Shown in pieces: positions 62,537 to 64,000 of a stretch of DNA of 64,000 nucleotides. Source of the DNA: Octopus sinensis (taxonomy: Eukaryota). The notes under the pieces are model-generated. The model was not told the origin of the DNA. It saw only the letters and a list, made by a program, of their open reading frames with translations, and ran no database searches. Position 1 is the stretch's first letter; each line of letters starts with the position of its first letter. Made by a program: the position numbers and the translations under genes. The stretch is from NCBI RefSeq assembly GCF_006345805.1, contig NC_043015.1, forward strand, positions 45,818,001 through 45,882,000, in the 5' to 3' direction.

Positions 62537-62775
62537 CGTGTGTGTGTGTATGTAAGTGTGTATATGTTTGTGTGTCTGTGTTTGTTCCCCCAGCATCACT
62601 TGACAACCGATGCTGGTGTGTTTACGTCCCCGTAACTTAGCGGTTCGGCAAAAGAGACACCGATAGAATAAGTACTAAGCTTACAAAGAATAAGTCCTGG
62701 GGGTGGGATTTGTTCGACTAAAGGCGGTGCTGCAGCATGGCCGCAGTCAAATGACTGAAACGAGTAAAAGAGTAA
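62319..62775 (+). mobile_element. SINE family A, full length
   Basis: Head to tail intact; inverted relative to 61723-62134. Confidence 0.88.
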
Positions 62776-63142
62776 ACATGGTGTCGTAAACAGAAAAGTT
62801 GATCACAGCAGAATTTGAACCCAGAACTCCGAGAGAGAGAACAAACACTGCGGCACGTTTGTCCTGCAGTCCGCCGATTCTTTGAATCGATCACCAACAC
62901 CACTCACTTTGTTACACCTTACTTCAGGCTAAACTAAAGGCCAAATGTGAATTTTTCAAAATGTTTACAATAGAATTTCAAGTAGTGGGAGTTTTATGGC
63001 TCTCTGCCAAATTTTTAAAATATAAATACTTTCAGTTTGTGAAAGCTTGTTTTTGCTTTTCTAAAGAAACGTAGAAATAAACGTACACAAACATACACAT
63101 ACACACTCGCATCACATATGCATATGTAAATATCTACACATC

Positions 63143-63195
<53 letters not shown>

Positions 63196-63521
63196 GCAAG
63201 CATGTACGTAAGTATGTATGTATATATATAGGGAGAGTTTACGAAAAAAAAACGAAAGACGAAGACAGGTGGTGTACAAAACAAACAGATGTATTAGTAT
63301 AACGCTCAGGAATAGAAAAAGTCCTTTACGTTTCGAGCCTACGCTCTTCTACAGAAAGGGAAACAGAAAAAACAAGGAGAGAAAAAAATGTGTGTAGTGA
63401 CTAACGATCTATCATGGCGACTAGTGCCGGACAGAAGGGTCAAACACGAGGAGGAAAGTAGGGGAGATAACAAGGTAAAGATGACCCCCAACACAAAGGT
63501 GCGTGAGTATATATATATATA

Positions 63522-63561
<40 letters not shown>

Positions 63562-63734
63562 ATGCGTACATGACGGTCGTGCTCCAGTATTACCGCAGTT
63601 GCATGGTTGAAACGAATAAAAGAATATACATACACAAACGTGTCTGTGTGTGGTGTAAAGATACGATATAAGGATCAAAGTGTAGAAAGTTAGTGAGCTT
63701 CGAGCAGTCCTTAGAAGGTATTTTTTTTAAATAC

Positions 63735-64000
63735 TTTTATTTGTTTCAGTCATTAGACTGCGGCCATGCTGGAGCACCACCTTTAGTCGAACAAATCGAA
63801 CCCAGGACTTATTCTTTGTAAACCTAGTACCGACTTTATCGGATCTGTTATGCCGAAATGATAAGTTATGGGGTCGTAAATACACTAACATTGGTTGTCA
63901 AGCGATGGTGGAGGGTACAAAGACAGACACACAAACACACACACACAACAAACTCCGTTCAGTTTCCGTCTACCAAATCCACTCACAAGGCTTTGGTTGA
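63735..64000 (-). mobile_element. SINE family A, runs off the window end
   Basis: Reverse complement of the family A tail and body. Confidence 0.8.

Overview
AT-rich, repeat-dominated eukaryotic genomic DNA. The tRNA-derived SINE families, very dense microsatellites and transposon fauna suggest an octopus/coleoid cephalopod; this is inferred from repeat character, not from a search. The only well-supported host gene is a + strand acid lipase (lysosomal acid lipase / gastric lipase family, alpha/beta-hydrolase). Nine coding exons lie at 3567-17703, all with GT-AG introns, and the signal-peptide exon is not visible (probably upstream of the window). The Ser-Asp-His triad is present with variant motifs (AHSQG, WAHLEF). 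The first visible exon has an apparent 1-nt deletion that frameshifts it. The rest is SINEs, a Merlin-like MITE with 8-bp TSDs and internal TTAGGG repeats (6 copies), hAT, Tc1/mariner and Helitron MITEs, decayed mariner, Tc1, Penelope, RTE and R4/Dong-like fragments, and simple repeats. Nearly all long ORFs in the supplied track are microsatellite artefacts. Most interesting signals: (1) head-to-tail SINE concatemers of up to 7 units, with a fixed junction in the loop of the tRNA-like hairpin and a single flanking TSD; (2) a ~900-bp palindrome built from smaller palindromes; (3) several short local templated duplications, including a copied lipase exon fragment and a hAT element sharing two segments with neighbouring DNA.
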